The notes under the pieces: generated by a model
What the model was told of the DNA's origin: nothing
Databases searched by the model: none
The model's input: only the letters and a program-made list of their open reading frames with translations
Shown: positions 23,500 to 37,900 of the stretch, piece after piece
How the letters are laid out: every line of letters begins with the position of its first letter
Numbering within the stretch: position 1 is the stretch's first letter
Program-made: the position numbers and the translations under genes
DNA from: Tubiluchus corallicola
Lineage: Eukaryota; Animalia; Priapulida
Direction of reading: 5' to 3'
Assembly: GCA_030141605.1 (NCBI GenBank)
Contig: JAQGDQ010000812.1
Coordinates: 29,043-93,042 of the forward strand
Length of the DNA: 64,000 nt

Positions 23500-25580
23500 A
23501 TGGATGTGCGGTCCTCAATGAACCTTTCGGGCCGTTCTGCATATAAACCAAATGGTATAGTAAGACCTGGAAATAATATTAGATACTTTGTAATTACTGT
23601 TTTCTATCTCATGAAATGTGATGACTGCAATTTGTTAATTATTACTTCTCAGAAATGTCCGCATCAGCTAGTGAAAAATTGTTAGACATCCTTTGTTCTT
23701 TGGCAGGACCATTATTCGCTGATGCCACAACCTGGATTTTTAATTCACAGTCACCTAGGACTGACTTAATCTAGCTGGTTATCTGTTGGGAGTTGTCAGA
23801 ATAACCTTACTGTTTGTTTAACAGATAGTATAATAATATGTATGGTCTTATTAAAGAAAACTCATCAGGTTATCTAATTAAATTTAAAATGTCAGTCAGT
23901 ATCTGACATTAGTCTAACAATTTGTAAGGAATCTGATTTGTTTAGATGCAGGAACTGGAAGCATTTTGTCAAGAACAAAAGGAATGGCTGTTGAAAGTCT
24001 GTGACTGTCTAGATGCAAAACATCAAGCTGATGGAAGCGAAAGGAGTGAGACTATATCCAAAAAAGTAAATCAGCTGTAAGAATGAATGTCAGAGATTTT
24101 TAACTGTTATTTCTTATTTCTTGTGTAAATAGTACAATGAGTCCTGACAGTAAAGTGAAAAATGTTTTATAATGCCAGCATTTTTGAAAGCATATATGGT
24201 TCAACATTCCCAATGTTGGAAACTGTGTTTAAAATTGAAATGTGTTGTAATAAATATCGATACTTGGACAGTTCGTAGAATGTTTTAGAGTGGATGAATA
24301 CCACACTTCAGCTTTAACTTAATTACAATAGATACAAATAATTATACTGTGCACAAGATTTGGACATTTTACAACATTTGGTAACCAAATTTTTGTCATA
24401 GGTTAACCTCTTGAGTTTAGAATAAAAAAATCTAAATAGATTCTTTCTGAATTTGTAATTGTCCAAATTGTGCTTGGCACATTTGTGTATGATAACTACC
24501 TTCCCACACATAGTCTTCTAACAGCAAGAAATTTTAATTTTTGTAATTTATCTAGGTACCAGCAAATTTACCAGTTTCTAGATGAAATACATCACTTACA
24601 GAGATATAAGTTTGAACTCCAGCAAAGACTAGAAGTTGAACAAATGTGTGCTGAAGAGAAGGCGACTAGATCTGCCCTAAAAAGAGGTAGGTGTACATTC
24701 GACTGTGATTGAAAAGCTGTTTGAGCCACAAGATGGAACGTGGTTTTTGTGATTGTCATTTTGCACAGAAATTGTATTCTTTCAAGACTTGTTGATGAAT
24801 AATACTAGGTCATTGACAGCTCTGTATGTGTATGTCATAACATTACCTGTATATGTGTATTGTGCATCCTTGTAAACTAATGGTGATCTTTTTGTTAACA
24901 CCACTACCTTTAGAACTATTCCTTGCCAAGGGCAAGGTTTTTCAGGTGGCATCAAAATTTTCTTTCAGCCACTGCAGCTGCCATGCGTATGTTCAGGAGA
25001 GCAATAGGTCTACTTTTGACGTTTTCTCTTTTATCTAGTTTTTGAACGTCCTGAAGAAGTACTGAAAGATGTTCTTTTGAAGAAGTGGAACAAAGAAATT
25101 AATAAGCATCTCTCACAGAAGAAAGCTAGTTTTCCGGATAATTCAGACAAAGGTGAGCAAATTCAAATTCAATGGTTATCGTCTATACTAATAAGAAGTA
25201 GAGTGGCTATTTGTATATATGTACATCTGTTCTATATGCATGGGCCTATTAGACTACTATATTGTTGTTGCTGAGTTTAATCATCATAATTAACTTAACA
25301 TCTGCAAAATGTGCTAATAATTATTGTTATATTGCTTTTCATGTTTGTTGCAAGCATCGAGTGAGTAGATTTTTCAATTTACAAATAACGATCAAGTAAT
25401 ATGACAAACCTTGCACAAAGCACCAGTTATTTATTGTGTGTTTCAGATCTATATACCAAAAGTCACACTTTTGTGAATGTAAAAACAGACAATGGTCTAC
25501 TAGAATTTACAACGCAGTTCCGTGGAGTCATGGTTAGTGTTTCTGTCAGAGCTGTGGATTCTTCATTACCTGAAAAGTAA
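23500..25580 (+). CDS. Uncharacterised multi-exon protein (helical/coiled-coil N-terminal part, short beta-rich C-terminus), about 169-204 aa
   Basis: Four open, phase-compatible exons joined by GT-AG introns: 23946-24076, 24556-24686, 25039-25152 and 25447-25580 (TAA). They encode MQELEAFCQEQKEWLLKVCDCL...LYQQIYQFLDEIHHLQRYKFELQQRLE...LLKKWNKEINKHL...GLLEFTTQFRGVMVSVSVRAVDSSLPEK*. Upstream exons 23500-23554 and 23653-23702 are tentative because the latter needs a GC donor. Confidence 0.7.
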
Positions 25581-28500
25581 GCCCTGTTGTTTAACTGTGT
25601 GCAGACTATAAGCTTGAGCAATAATGTGGAAATATATACAATGTAGACGTAACAAGATAGGTAAACGGTTGCTGGTCTTGTTGGCCCAAACATCCATGTG
25701 TATTACTTGTTTTTTTGGCGCTGTGTCATTTTAACTGATGACTCGTTTAAGGCTGTATGTTGATATGTTTGCCTGAACGCTTGAATGCAACACTATTTAG
25801 ACAAGCGTGTAATGAGAATTTTTCAGCTTCAGATTATTCATCTCATCTTAGTCTGGTAACAGCTTAGAGACTTCGTCCGCTACTAGCCGTAAAATATAAT
25901 TTTATGACACTGATAATGTATCCTCGTAACACATTGACATACTTTTATTTTTGTGTTATTATCTTATTTTATCACTGCTTTAATACTATCGTTTGAGTTT
26001 CAGCTTTGAAATTGGGCCGGTATTCTTAAAGTCATAGTTAGCTAGTATAAAGCACTAAAATAGATTTGTAACTACTTTTTTGTAGTATTATCGTTTGATC
26101 TGCAAATGAAGAGAAGCATACATAAAGTTTCAGCAAAATAAGTTGAAACAAAAATATGGCGTAGCAAAAGATGCTCAGATGCAAAATGCATGGCTAATTA
26201 AATAGTAAAATTGTATCCTAAAGTTTTACAGTACATTTTCTGACATAAGATTACAGATTTAGAAATTCAAAAAGAAGTGGAGTAATTTTCTTAATTACTT
26301 ACATCATAGCAGCAAATGGTTGGCTCAAAGATGAAATACATGTAGCAGTAAGACAAGAAAAAATATACATTTGGCAAACACAATAACAAAACTTAGCACT
26401 TCAATTCACACATTAAGCTTTGCCACATCAATGTCTACACTCACATCTTATTCCTGAGCTAAATGTTTGAAATTCAGGAAAAATCCCCGCAAGATTCATA
26501 ATTGGGTAGTGTATCATGTTGTAAATTATGTGCTACTGATTTTTTACATGTGAACTAACGGTAACGTTCTACTTTTTATTGTTTTGTTACAATTTTCAGG
26601 TATAAATTTATGGCTAGTATATATGTTGATGGACTGCAGGAAAAAGGCATGTTATATCTTGTGCAGAATAAAACGGCGTCCAGTTTTGTGATGGAGGTGA
26701 TATGGCCTTTTCTTGAACAAGGACTTTTGCCGTACTTAGTTTCCTGATGTTGCGAAAATTGCACAATTCAGACTTGATAGGACTTTGCAAATTTGGAACA
26801 TCTTGAAGTAATGTGTCATTTGTACCCCTTTATTTTGCTGTTGCTTTGCCTAGTGCCCGTCCTTAAGCCTAAAACACCTAAGAAGTTCAACCAAAAATTG
26901 TGAAAGTACTCAAATGAAGTTACCTTAAGTGTTCTTGCTGTGATGTTAGTAGATCTGGTGTTTGTATTTCAATTAAATCACCCCAGAATCCACAAACTGT
27001 GTTCTTTTTTGGCACTCAGTGTCAATTCATTTCAGGCAATGCTAAGGTAAGCCACATGAAATTCTTAGTTATTTAAGTGCCGAAATCAGCTCCCACAGGG
27101 TGCCATATTAACAGTTAAAACAAAATACAACGTTTCCTATCTTTCACTCTTTCATTAAATATCCAGACCACGCACAATCTACTAAACTGATGAAACTTTT
27201 TTGGTCAGGTGCAGTGGCTAACATGCTGCTTTTACTAATGTCATTACAGTACTGTGTTGTTATATTATGTGATCACTATATTGTCAATAAAAGTTATTGT
27301 TCAAATCTGCTTCGAATTTTCAGAAGTGACGAGCCTGAGGTTCCTTTTTCATCACCGTATAAATATTGCATTTAAAAAGAAAAGCAAAGTTGTGATCTCA
27401 ATGGACATATTCAACATAGATTAATGACAGAAAAGTGAAAGTTAAAGGCATATTGTTAGCGTTTTCATCTCAGTATTAGCAAAATCTAGGGTTTACTATT
27501 GTTACAATAAAAGAAGACTATCTTGTTTTGCAGCTATTTTGAATAAATATTAATTGTTACAACTAATTTAACAAATGCTTAGAAACTCGACAATGTCTTT
27601 AAAAACGAAGAGCAGTGTTAGTCGGTTAAGTTTCATTGCTAAACAATTCTACCAATTCAGAACCAGCAATCTTCTGGCGTCTTGATATGTTACTCTAACG
27701 GTGTGACTACCTGCTGACTGCCGAGACAGTCTACCTAGTTCAGAGTACAGTGTTTGTTTAAGTTTGTACAGAATGTGTTCTTGTAAGATAAACGAGAAAA
27801 AAATCCCCACTTTTTTGCATTTAGTGGAGAAGGTTTTAAACTCCAGACAAGAATTGCAGTGCCTGTTTTAAAACACTTAGAACTATCAGGTGGTGGGTTC
27901 TTATGGTTTATAGTCGCCTGTCAACTAATAAAACATCTACTGGGCAATACTTGTTGCAGCATTGTATGTTGTAGTAGGTCACATACTCAGTAACTGTATT
28001 GTATGAATTGAGAGATTTGTCAGCACTAAGCCATGCCTCCCTGGCTTTGCCTTACAAATTCTTGCAGGCTGATAGCTGCTACTGTTGCAGAATAATAAAT
28101 ATACAGGAAAAAACACGAAAAATTAGTGGACGTTTTATAACAATTTGTCACTTAATTCAGAAAATGCATCACTGTTAGACTACAAGGAATAACAGTTCTT
28201 AATAATTTCGATTAAGGATATGTGCATGATATTAAATTTTATGTAAAAGATTAAGCGTTGTTACATGATGACCAGAATGTTAGTCTTCAATGAAAAAAGT
28301 CTATTACTGTGTCTTGAGATCAAAATTAAGTATGAAAATTAACACTTTGTTGTGCAATCTGAATTCTTTAGCAATGAAAATCTTGTTTGGTAAAAAAAAA
28401 CCCTGAATCTTAGCTACTGAGAAAGCTGTCTTTGCTATATATCTATTTACAGGTGCAAAAATACAAATAAAAAGACTCGTGTAAGTACTAACATTCGATT

Positions 28501-28864
28501 TTAAGCAACCTAAACTACCCAGGCAAAATTCTATGAATAGAGTAATAGTAACTAAGAAGGCCTACTATCAACTTTAATAAATATCATTTTGCTCTGTAAA
28601 ATAGCATCTGACAACCTCCTCCTGTGCATGTATAGTGCTGAAGTTGATATATTATATTCGTACATTATAGAACAACATTAAGTTCACATTTCAAAAAAAC
28701 AGAAAGCTAACTTTTAACAGACAGCGTGATTTTAAAAGGTTCAGTTTTTCATGATGTCGTCCTCGTGTTTAATCCATGGCAACATTTGTCTGTCCTTTTT
28801 GTCTACATAGAAATAGTTAAATCATATACACACACACTTTCGCAGTACATTACATTTCGTATGT

Positions 28865-29000
28865 TTTATCCTGCATGCGCGGAGCAGCTAGCTAGTTGAG
28901 CCATTGTGTCTGTGAGATGGATGCCCGCTGGTTGTTGATTGACGTTTCGCGGAATCGCGATCCCTGTATTATCCCGAACAGAGGTTTTTCCTATCCAAGT
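28865..29000 (+). promoter_or_regulatory. Putative promoter of the myosin gene
   Basis: A CpG-enriched patch with NRF1-like TGCATGCGCG at about 28872. Downstream donor-like sites (about 29446-29449 and 30221) and an acceptor (about 31731) could form 5' UTR exons. Inference. Confidence 0.35.
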
Positions 29001-31050
29001 ACTTCTACTAGTTTTTCTGTTCTGATAGCATTTAGTTTGTTGTCAACAGGCTAATTAAAGCTGTTTGATTAAAACACCAGTTACGCACAATACTTAATTA
29101 AAATCCAACTACGAAAACATGTGCAACTATGCTTGGTGACTTTGTGAGGGTGACGGAATACATTCAAAGTCACAGTATTTTAGATCCAAAAACAATTCTT
29201 AAGCAAATCTTGTCGCTCGCGTAATGTCTTACAATTAGAGCATCTTTCCTGAAGTCAGTAGTTACCCAAAGCTTTATCAGACAAAAACCTGTTTTAAATG
29301 GGTCAACAAACCACACATACATATTTGAATTGGTTTTATAGTGGCTCAAGTAATACACTATAAGCAAAGATTGTTGTGTGACTTTACTGTGTAAACACTG
29401 AAAACTTGCGTTCTCGAATGCTTGATTAAGGGTTGCTTTTACTCGTAAGGTACGTAGACACCACGCGCGTACGCCGCATAACGCCGTACCGCTTGTTATT
29501 GTACAGTGGACATTTAGTACAGCACTTAAATTTTGTCACATTTGGTGAAGGTTGTGCCGGACTGATTTATACAGGTGGACGTTGTGAAGTTACTTTGCGA
29601 AGCTCTTTCACGATGTATATATATATGGACTTGTTCCTTAGGTATACTATACTGTACATTTAACATTTTTATACAGCATGTCCGCATGAAACTACTATAA
29701 AAACTAGCTATACAAGCAGTGATTAGACAGCATTATTTTACGTGAATTACGAATTTTTGTAACTTTGTTATATAAATATTGTTTAATCAGTTTAGTGGTG
29801 ATACGCGTGAGTGAGTTTTGAATGTTTCGTCTGTTTTTCACTTGAAGGCGAATGGTAAAATTTTGCAACACGCAAAAAAATCTTTTTTTGTTGCAATAAT
29901 TCTGCTATTTAGCGAGTTGCGAACGTGCTCTCTTCATTTTCGAATTACGAATATGATTTGCAGTCTATGGGTGATTAACGTGACAGTCATGTACTACACT
30001 GACAGTTGAAACTTCCCTTCAACTTAAAATTTCCGCTGTCCATTTCCCGTGCATGTTATTTTCATTCCAACTCCTCGACAGCACAATAATATGTCTGTTT
30101 AACACACAAGATCATTTTCGCGTTAGTGTTCTGTTGATCAATATGCAATGACTGTAAAATTAACCTGTTGGCCCATTAATAGCACATGAGATTCATTTAA
30201 CGTCTCGAAAAGTGAAAAAAGGTAAGTGCAAAATTACCAAATTAAATTTTTTTATTTACCTATAAGTAGTACATTTCACGAGCTTAGGTTTTCTTGGATG
30301 AAACTAGTGGCGTAGCTAGCCCCAGGAGGCCCATAGGAAAGGGATAAAATTCATCCTACACTGGCTGATCAATACAATCCTGCTCTGTGCGTTTTACTGC
30401 TATAATGGCAAATGTGGTTATTTAATCTAATCAACACAATAAAGCCAGGCAGGTAGGGTAACAAATTTTGGGGTAAAAGGATTAAGCCTACAATAATGGA
30501 GAGTTTGGCACGATAATGGTTGTAGACATTTTCATGAAACATAATTGATGAACCACTGGTCATAAAAAGTAAGGTCATTTTTAGTCCAGACAGTTGGAGT
30601 TTTGTCCAGACAAAGATAAAATAATGCTTCAACTATATGCTTAATTAATTCAAAAAAAATTATGACAGATTAAGTTTAACTAGGTCACCTATAAATATGA
30701 AAATGCAACAACATGGCTTCAGTGAGAAAGACGACTGAAATGCATCAGATGAGCATCAGGAAGTGATGACACCAAGGTCATAATAGATTATAGAAGTCAA
30801 GTGTCATTAGAATGTCAAAATAAAAAAAATGCAAAAGTAAAGCAGCAATCTGTAGCGATGAGATGACAGGCTTATGCTCAGTCTGTTGAGTGATTAAGTC
30901 CCCTTGAAGGAATTAAGGCACATGCACAACAATGCAGCATTTTTGCATAAAATTTGGTGTTAAGGTCATTTCTTTATAATGTAATGTGTTTGCTGTGATG
31001 TACAGTCTTAACTTTGCAGGTATTAATATAATACAAAAAATAAATATCAG

Positions 31051-31155
31051 GGCCCATTTGCACAAAGTCGTCACTAAGTTAACGGCATCATCATTAATAG
31101 TTTATGAATGTAATAACAATGTTGCTAACTTAGTGATAATTTTGTGACACCGGCC
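31051..31155. mobile_element. Small fold-back MITE-like element
   Basis: The left arm ggcccatttgcacaaagtcgtcactaagtta matches the reverse complement of the right arm, ggccggtgtcacaaaattatcactaagtta. Similar GGCC-type single ends occur at about 11321, 26015 and 63025. Confidence 0.6.
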
Positions 31156-31957
31156 GAGGGTAATTTGGCCTAACTTATAGGTTACGGTGGCAGTTAAAGA
31201 CTACTAAAGGTGTACACAACAGTAATATTTAACTGCTGGGATGCCAGTAAATTGGCAGTGACCGCATCTAGCTTACTTGATTGATGGCATTAGAAGTAAG
31301 TCACACAGAGAATATGGAAATGACAGGCTCGTTCTGTTAACTGTTTGATGCCATCATGCCATAAAGCATAATGTGACACTTATTGTATAGCTTATTTTGC
31401 AGACCTAAATGTACTATTCTTCTTTCTGTGTGGCATATATCATTGGAATATCCCGTACAGTTAGGTAGTAACATAATGCAGAAGGCCCCATATCAATTTT
31501 AAGGTCATCAGAAAGTCATCATTCATAACATTCAGAGTAGGATAGGACAAAACTCTAGCTCGTTGTTGCAATAAGTGAGCAGGCTTTTTCCGTGGACTAA
31601 ATACAGAAAAGCATTGTTACAAATTGTTGCAAATTATCTGCATATTGCTCAAAGTCATTGGTGGTTCTTGTTTTTTATTGTGTATCTACATAAATTCACT
31701 ATTTACTAAACCTAACTGTTGATGTTTTACAGTTCTGTTATGACTTGAAGAGAGATGTCTGTCCAATAAGACAAGTACAGCTGAAGGATTAGTCCACCCA
31801 AAAAGACAACTTTAGACAATTAAGAGTTGTCAAAAGAGGGTCTAATTTTTTGCTACCTTTATAGGAAGCTTTCATCTTATTACTCTGAATTATGCCAAAT
31901 ATAGTGATTGTGCTCTAGCATCTATACTGGACAATTGCTGCTATTGTATAGAACATC

Positions 31958-34900
31958 ATGATGGCATCCACACCTGGTAAATGATTTTGATTAACTTCTT
32001 ATTCCTGTTACTTATAGCTTAGGATGCATCCAGAGTTCGAATACATGGATTGCCTTTTAACTTTCATTTATCAAATATCTGTTGAAGTATGCAAATTAAT
32101 GTTGTTATTTTGGTACTTTTTGTTTATACAAGATAAATTCCTTGTATGTTTTCAACCAATATGATTGGATACTTTCTTGCAGTGTGTCATTGATTTATTA
32201 TACACATTATTCATTTACAGATTTCATGTCTCATTACTCAAGTTCATTTGCACAGGCCTCCAATAATTTCTTTGGTTTTCATATTTGTCTTATCGGCTAT
32301 GTCAGTCATAGTTCCTTGCCTTAACCTTAATATTAAAAACTAATATAATAAATCAGAGCAATGAATTAATTGCAGCACCATCTGCAAAGGATGGAGTGCC
32401 AGATATGACGGTCCTCAGCAATATTGATGATTCTGCAATTAATCTCAATCTGAAAGTCAGATATGAAAGAGACAGCATCTATGTATCTTTGAAGAGAAAA
32501 AATTGTTTTTATGTCAAGCATTGTTGGTCATAATCTTGAAAAGAAATTAATTTGAGTAATTACAATACAGAGTATAAAAACTGTCCTGTTGTATCTTAAG
32601 ACCCTCACCATAAAATAATAAACATGTTTTGACCATAGCAGTGTAATACTGATTCCTGTATTGGGGGTTAAAGTTGATGGCTTGTTAGAGAAACAAATAC
32701 CTCCACTTTTGTACATGTAGCCAAATTATTATTTGTGTATGCTTGTTTTTGTATGCTTTTCACTGTACATAGAAAGAATTGAGATAGTTTTTTCATATAT
32801 TTTGCTGTTTCTAAATGTTTTGTGTGATACTTTCCTTAACAAATTCTTAATAGACGTATATTGGAACAATTTTGGCAGCTGTAAACCCATATCGCGATCT
32901 AGGGATCTATGAACCGGTATGTAAATTTGTAAATGATGAATGTACAACATGTCGATGATTTAATTTTTCCTTGAGACTCATTTTTGATTTGAGTGTTCTC
33001 TGTTTTAGGTTGAAATTTTTTTCTTTTACCTTCTTTATTGTCCACTATGGTTAACAATGATCAATTAATCCTTACTAATTAATGAATATATAGTTTTATA
33101 GTTATTGTACCTGTAGCTACTAAAATGCTTTTTACTGAGTAGTACAAGCTTTAGCAATTGCTTAAGTACTTCTTGAACAACAAATCTACAATGAGTTTTA
33201 AATCTGCCTGTCCTAAATCTACTATGCCTGTATCTCCCTATCCTACATCTGTCTTTTCTGCCTAATGTTATGCTCCCTGCTTTGTGTATACATTAGTATG
33301 GTGGTTATATTAAACTGCTGTAATAGAAATGTTTATTAAACATTAGCACCCATTAATACAAATTGTAATCAATTAGGTTTGAACGCCTGCAAGGAATCGA
33401 ACGTGGATGACGTAACTGCACACTCCAGTTTGATAATTCTTTAATCTATGTTTATGTATTTTCAAATTTTTATCATTTCATGTATGGCTCAAGCATAGAG
33501 CTGGACTATTGTTGTACCATCATCCATTGTTTGTTTTCACAAACATGACAGCATGTGAGATATTTTTGATTATTTGAAATCTATCTACCTTTTTGTATTC
33601 CTTGTCTGATGTGGCTGTAGAAGCAGCGCTGCAGTTTTTTTAAACAAATATTTCTAGTCATATATATGTATCCTTTCCTAATAATTTGTGTATTCTTGCA
33701 CTGATCACGTTAGTTAGGCCACATCAGGAAACCTATTAATTAATTTACATCAGTGAATATAGTATTTGACTTTGTTTTTTAGTGGTTGATCAGTAAGAGC
33801 TTTACTAACTGACTTCTCTGATGTACTTCACACACACACACACATAAAGTTATTGAAGGTTAACTCTTATAACATGAATTAGGATGAGTTAATTTACAAT
33901 GAATTTCACCCTCAATAAGTTGTTTTCTGTGTCATCTTCAGATGACTTATATAATAGTTCAGTGATGTTTTTTATAGAATGTCGTTGACAGTTATATTGG
34001 GTATAAAATCGGAGAGCTGGTGCCACACATATTTGCCGTGGCAGAGACGGCATATCAAAATCTCTGCCGTTCCGGAAACAGCCAGTCCTTCATTATTAGT
34101 GGAGAAAGCGGTGCAGGAAAGGTAAAAAAGTTATGAAGTAACACATTTTCATATGATATTCTACCAGTTAATCAGTCCTCCTTAAGTCTAAAATATAGAA
34201 TTCCTGCCTTGGTATGTGTAGAGATTTTGCCCTCTAAAGCTTTCATGAAGAAAACCTGAACGTTTGACTTACAAGCGATACTGTGAATTACACACAAATT
34301 AGTAAAGTAATTTTGTTGAGCATGTGGCAGATAATTTTGTGTAGCAAAGGCATGTAATGGTACTATAACATTTGCTATGTTTCATTAAGTTGTATTTTTT
34401 TGTCTTTTTCAGCAAAATAGTTGTTTTAAGATATTAAAGGAAAAATTTGCCTGAACTTCCTGAGTTTTTGCAACTGAAAATTTAAGTTGTTATGTTCGAT
34501 TCCACAAACCATACTAATATATTCTCTGCGTCGAAATTTTCAGACAGAAAATACTAAGTTCATTCTGCAGTATCTATGTTCTGTGACTGGTGTTGCTTCT
34601 TCTTGGGTGGAGCAGCAAATCCTAGAAGCTAACGCCATCTTGGAAGCTTTTGGTGAGTGTGTTTGTTACTTTGTATGGTTTGAATTGTTATAGTTCTTTT
34701 TCCGTCTAAGTAATTTTGTAAATAAATTCTGAGTTGTAAGTTTTTTCCAATTATATTATTATGAACAACATTTTCCCAGAAACCTTCAAGAAAAGTGTTT
34801 AACAGTTTTAGTATTTAAACAACAACTACTGGTTATAATGTAGTAAATTTTTTATGCATTTATTTAGGAAATGCAAAAACTGTGCGAAATGACAATTCCA

Positions 34901-37900
34901 GCCGTTTTGGAAAATTCATGCAAGTTTGTTTTGACGGCCAATTTCGGATCAGCGGCTGCGTCATTCAAGATTATTTGTTGGAACAATCTCGTGTTGCATT
35001 TCAGAACACCGACGAAAGAAATTACCACGTTTTCTATCAACTCCTAGCAGCCGGTCAGAGAGATGAGGAGTTACGAGGTCATTTCGCTCTCGGTAATAAT
35101 TTTTCGTATTCTTTTTTTACTCTGTTGGATGTACAAAATGTGAATGTCACATAGAATTATCTAGATAATATTACCTGAAATCACATTTCATTAGAATAAG
35201 GAACAAATATATTTTGAAGTATTCCTAGTGTTTGCTGGTGAAGTAACTCTCACAGAGTGTAAATTTCGCTAGTATCAAGTTTTGATTTAACGATTTTATC
35301 ACATTATGGTGCTTATTGCAAGGCAGTTTTAGACATTTTGCCTTTCAGACAGGTTCAAGTTTGCAAACAAACTTGGAAAGCATGCAAAGATTTATTTCAT
35401 TGGTAATTTTATGCGATATTTAATAATAGCCAATAATCACATAATATACCCCAACTTCCAAATTTAATAAGAATAATTTTAGAAACATTGTGCAATCTGA
35501 ATTGCAGTTAATTATGTTTTGCTGCACTTTTTCTGTTTTATAAAAATTTCTACTACATTTTAAAAAGAAATAAGATTTTAGCATGTTTTTTCGCTGTGAA
35601 ACTTAGAAGTTTCTGCGATTTCTAAGTATCTGGCAAGTCTGTAATAACTAATTAATTATGTTATAGGGCCTGTGGAGTCGTATTCCTATCTGAACACCAG
35701 TGGTTGTACAACACTCGAGGGAGTCGATGATGCTCAGCTTTTTGATGAACTTCGTTTAGCGTTGAGTGTCGTGAATATTTCAGAAGAAATGTGCAATGGC
35801 ATATTCAGTGTTCTCAGTGCCATCCTATGGCTGGGAAATTTAGCATTTGAGGTGGGATTTTGCATAGCAATTGCAGGTCATCCCCAATGTGATGTTAGTG
35901 AAACTGATGAGGATAATAATTTTATTCGAGCTTCCTGAGCAGTAGTGCTTGCCTTACTTATGTGGTGCTTGCTTTACTTGTTGTAGGCTCCAGTGGAACC
36001 TTGCTTGTTTGATATAATCATAGATTTATGATCTCGTTCGGTTTATTAAAGGAATCTAGCCAGAGAATTTTTTTATTTATCACACTGTTTTGTGTTACTT
36101 TTTAATGCCATAAAATTCTGAATATTTTTGTTTGTCTCATATAAAATAATGACGTTTATTATTTTTTATTATTACCCATTATAAATGAGACAAATAAAAC
36201 ACATAAATATACATTTAATTACAGGAAAATGAAGAAAATTCAGAATTGTCTAGCTTGTCAGGGAATGACTTAGACATTGTCCAAACTTTAGCTTCTCTCC
36301 TTGCCGTAGAGGTGGAGCCACTTATTCATACATTATTGACAAGACAAATCTTTGTGCGCGGCACTACAACGGATATACCGCTGAAACTGAATGAGGTTAG
36401 AACTATTTTAACAAGTAGTGTTATATTTGTAACTCAAAAGCTTAAATAGTCACCATGTATACTGTAGAAAAAAATTATTTGACCTTGTCTAATCAAAATT
36501 GTTTTGATTATTGTCATATCAATTAATTGTCCGTTCTATACTAAATCCAAACCCGACATTGAAGGTACTTCTGAATTGTCTGCCTTGATACATGTCTTGG
36601 GCTAGTGCATTTAGCCGTTTGTTTTAAATTCAAATAGATACTGGGGCTACTAGACAATCAAGGACAATTATAGATAATTTATCTTCATATAACATCATTG
36701 GGTAGTGATTTGTCTGCATTGTTGTGTATAGGTGTGTGATTTAATGTTGTTAAACGTGTTGTACATATATAATTACAATTCCAACAAATAAAGAATGTTT
36801 ACATAGCATGCGATAATTTGTCTGTGCCAATATTTACATTCTGTTGGGATAAATTGATTCTTAATAAGGAAAGCTGCATCCTGTTAAATTTTTAAAGAAT
36901 AATTTCGTATCTCTTCGCTAAATAAATTTAACTCACATCTCAAACATAAACTGTTTAAAAACTGATTTCTCAGTTAGCTTCAGTTGTTGTTCATGGGTTA
37001 TGTACTCATGACACCTTGAAAAATCAGACGATCTGCTTAAATAAAAATTTATTACATTTCCTTTTCTGGTTAGGAAACTAATAGCAGTCAGTTTTAGTCA
37101 CCTGACTCACTGACAAAACTAATGGCAAGTTTAAGCAAATTAGAATGTATTCCATTTGTTTTCTTTAAAATTTGAGTAGAATTGCTGATCTGTTGTTTCA
37201 CAAATGAACCAAGAAACTCGAAGCCTGTTTCTTCAGAATCAGAATTTTCACAGGCAGGTCATTTAGATTTAGGTCTTTTCAGACCTTAAGAATTCATGAT
37301 TTATTTTTGATTAAATTTAACTGTTTAGTGGAGTTTCATATCTATCATTGCTATGTAATTTACTTATTTGGAGCAATACCCATATATTTATGGAGACTAA
37401 GACTTTCTAAGACATCAGTGCATTGTCTTTCATTGTACTTTTTAACTTTGGTTAATTAAATTTCAATTTGTTTATTTAACTTCAGGCACAAGAGAATTGT
37501 CATGCCATGTCAAAGGCCTTATATTCAAGAGCTTTTGCTTGGATCATACACAATATAAACAGTTGTATGCAGCCGCAAGATAATGATCTTTTCATTGGAG
37601 TTCTTGATATATTTGGCTTTGAAAACTTTGCCGTACGTATTACGCTTTCTGCCTTTTTGCTTGAATTATTTTAATGATAATTGTTTATTTTATTTCACAC
37701 ATTATTGATTTATTAGTGCAAAAAACGCGTGTTTTTGCTGCAGCTCCCCCTTTCTGAAATTAGTGTGCTCTTTGTTTTATTAAGAACTACTTGTTTTTGA
37801 ATGACGTGGCAATGGTCTGAAATTTGTTCACATTGCCAGTGAGAGATTCCATCAAATGAGGCTACACAACCAGAGTTAAGTAAAGGTTTTGTTTGACATA

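Noticed and set aside
23653-23840. Longer exon resembling the N-terminus of an augmin (HAUS) subunit
   Set aside because: It needs a frameshift across an in-frame TAG, and the similarity is too vague to support.
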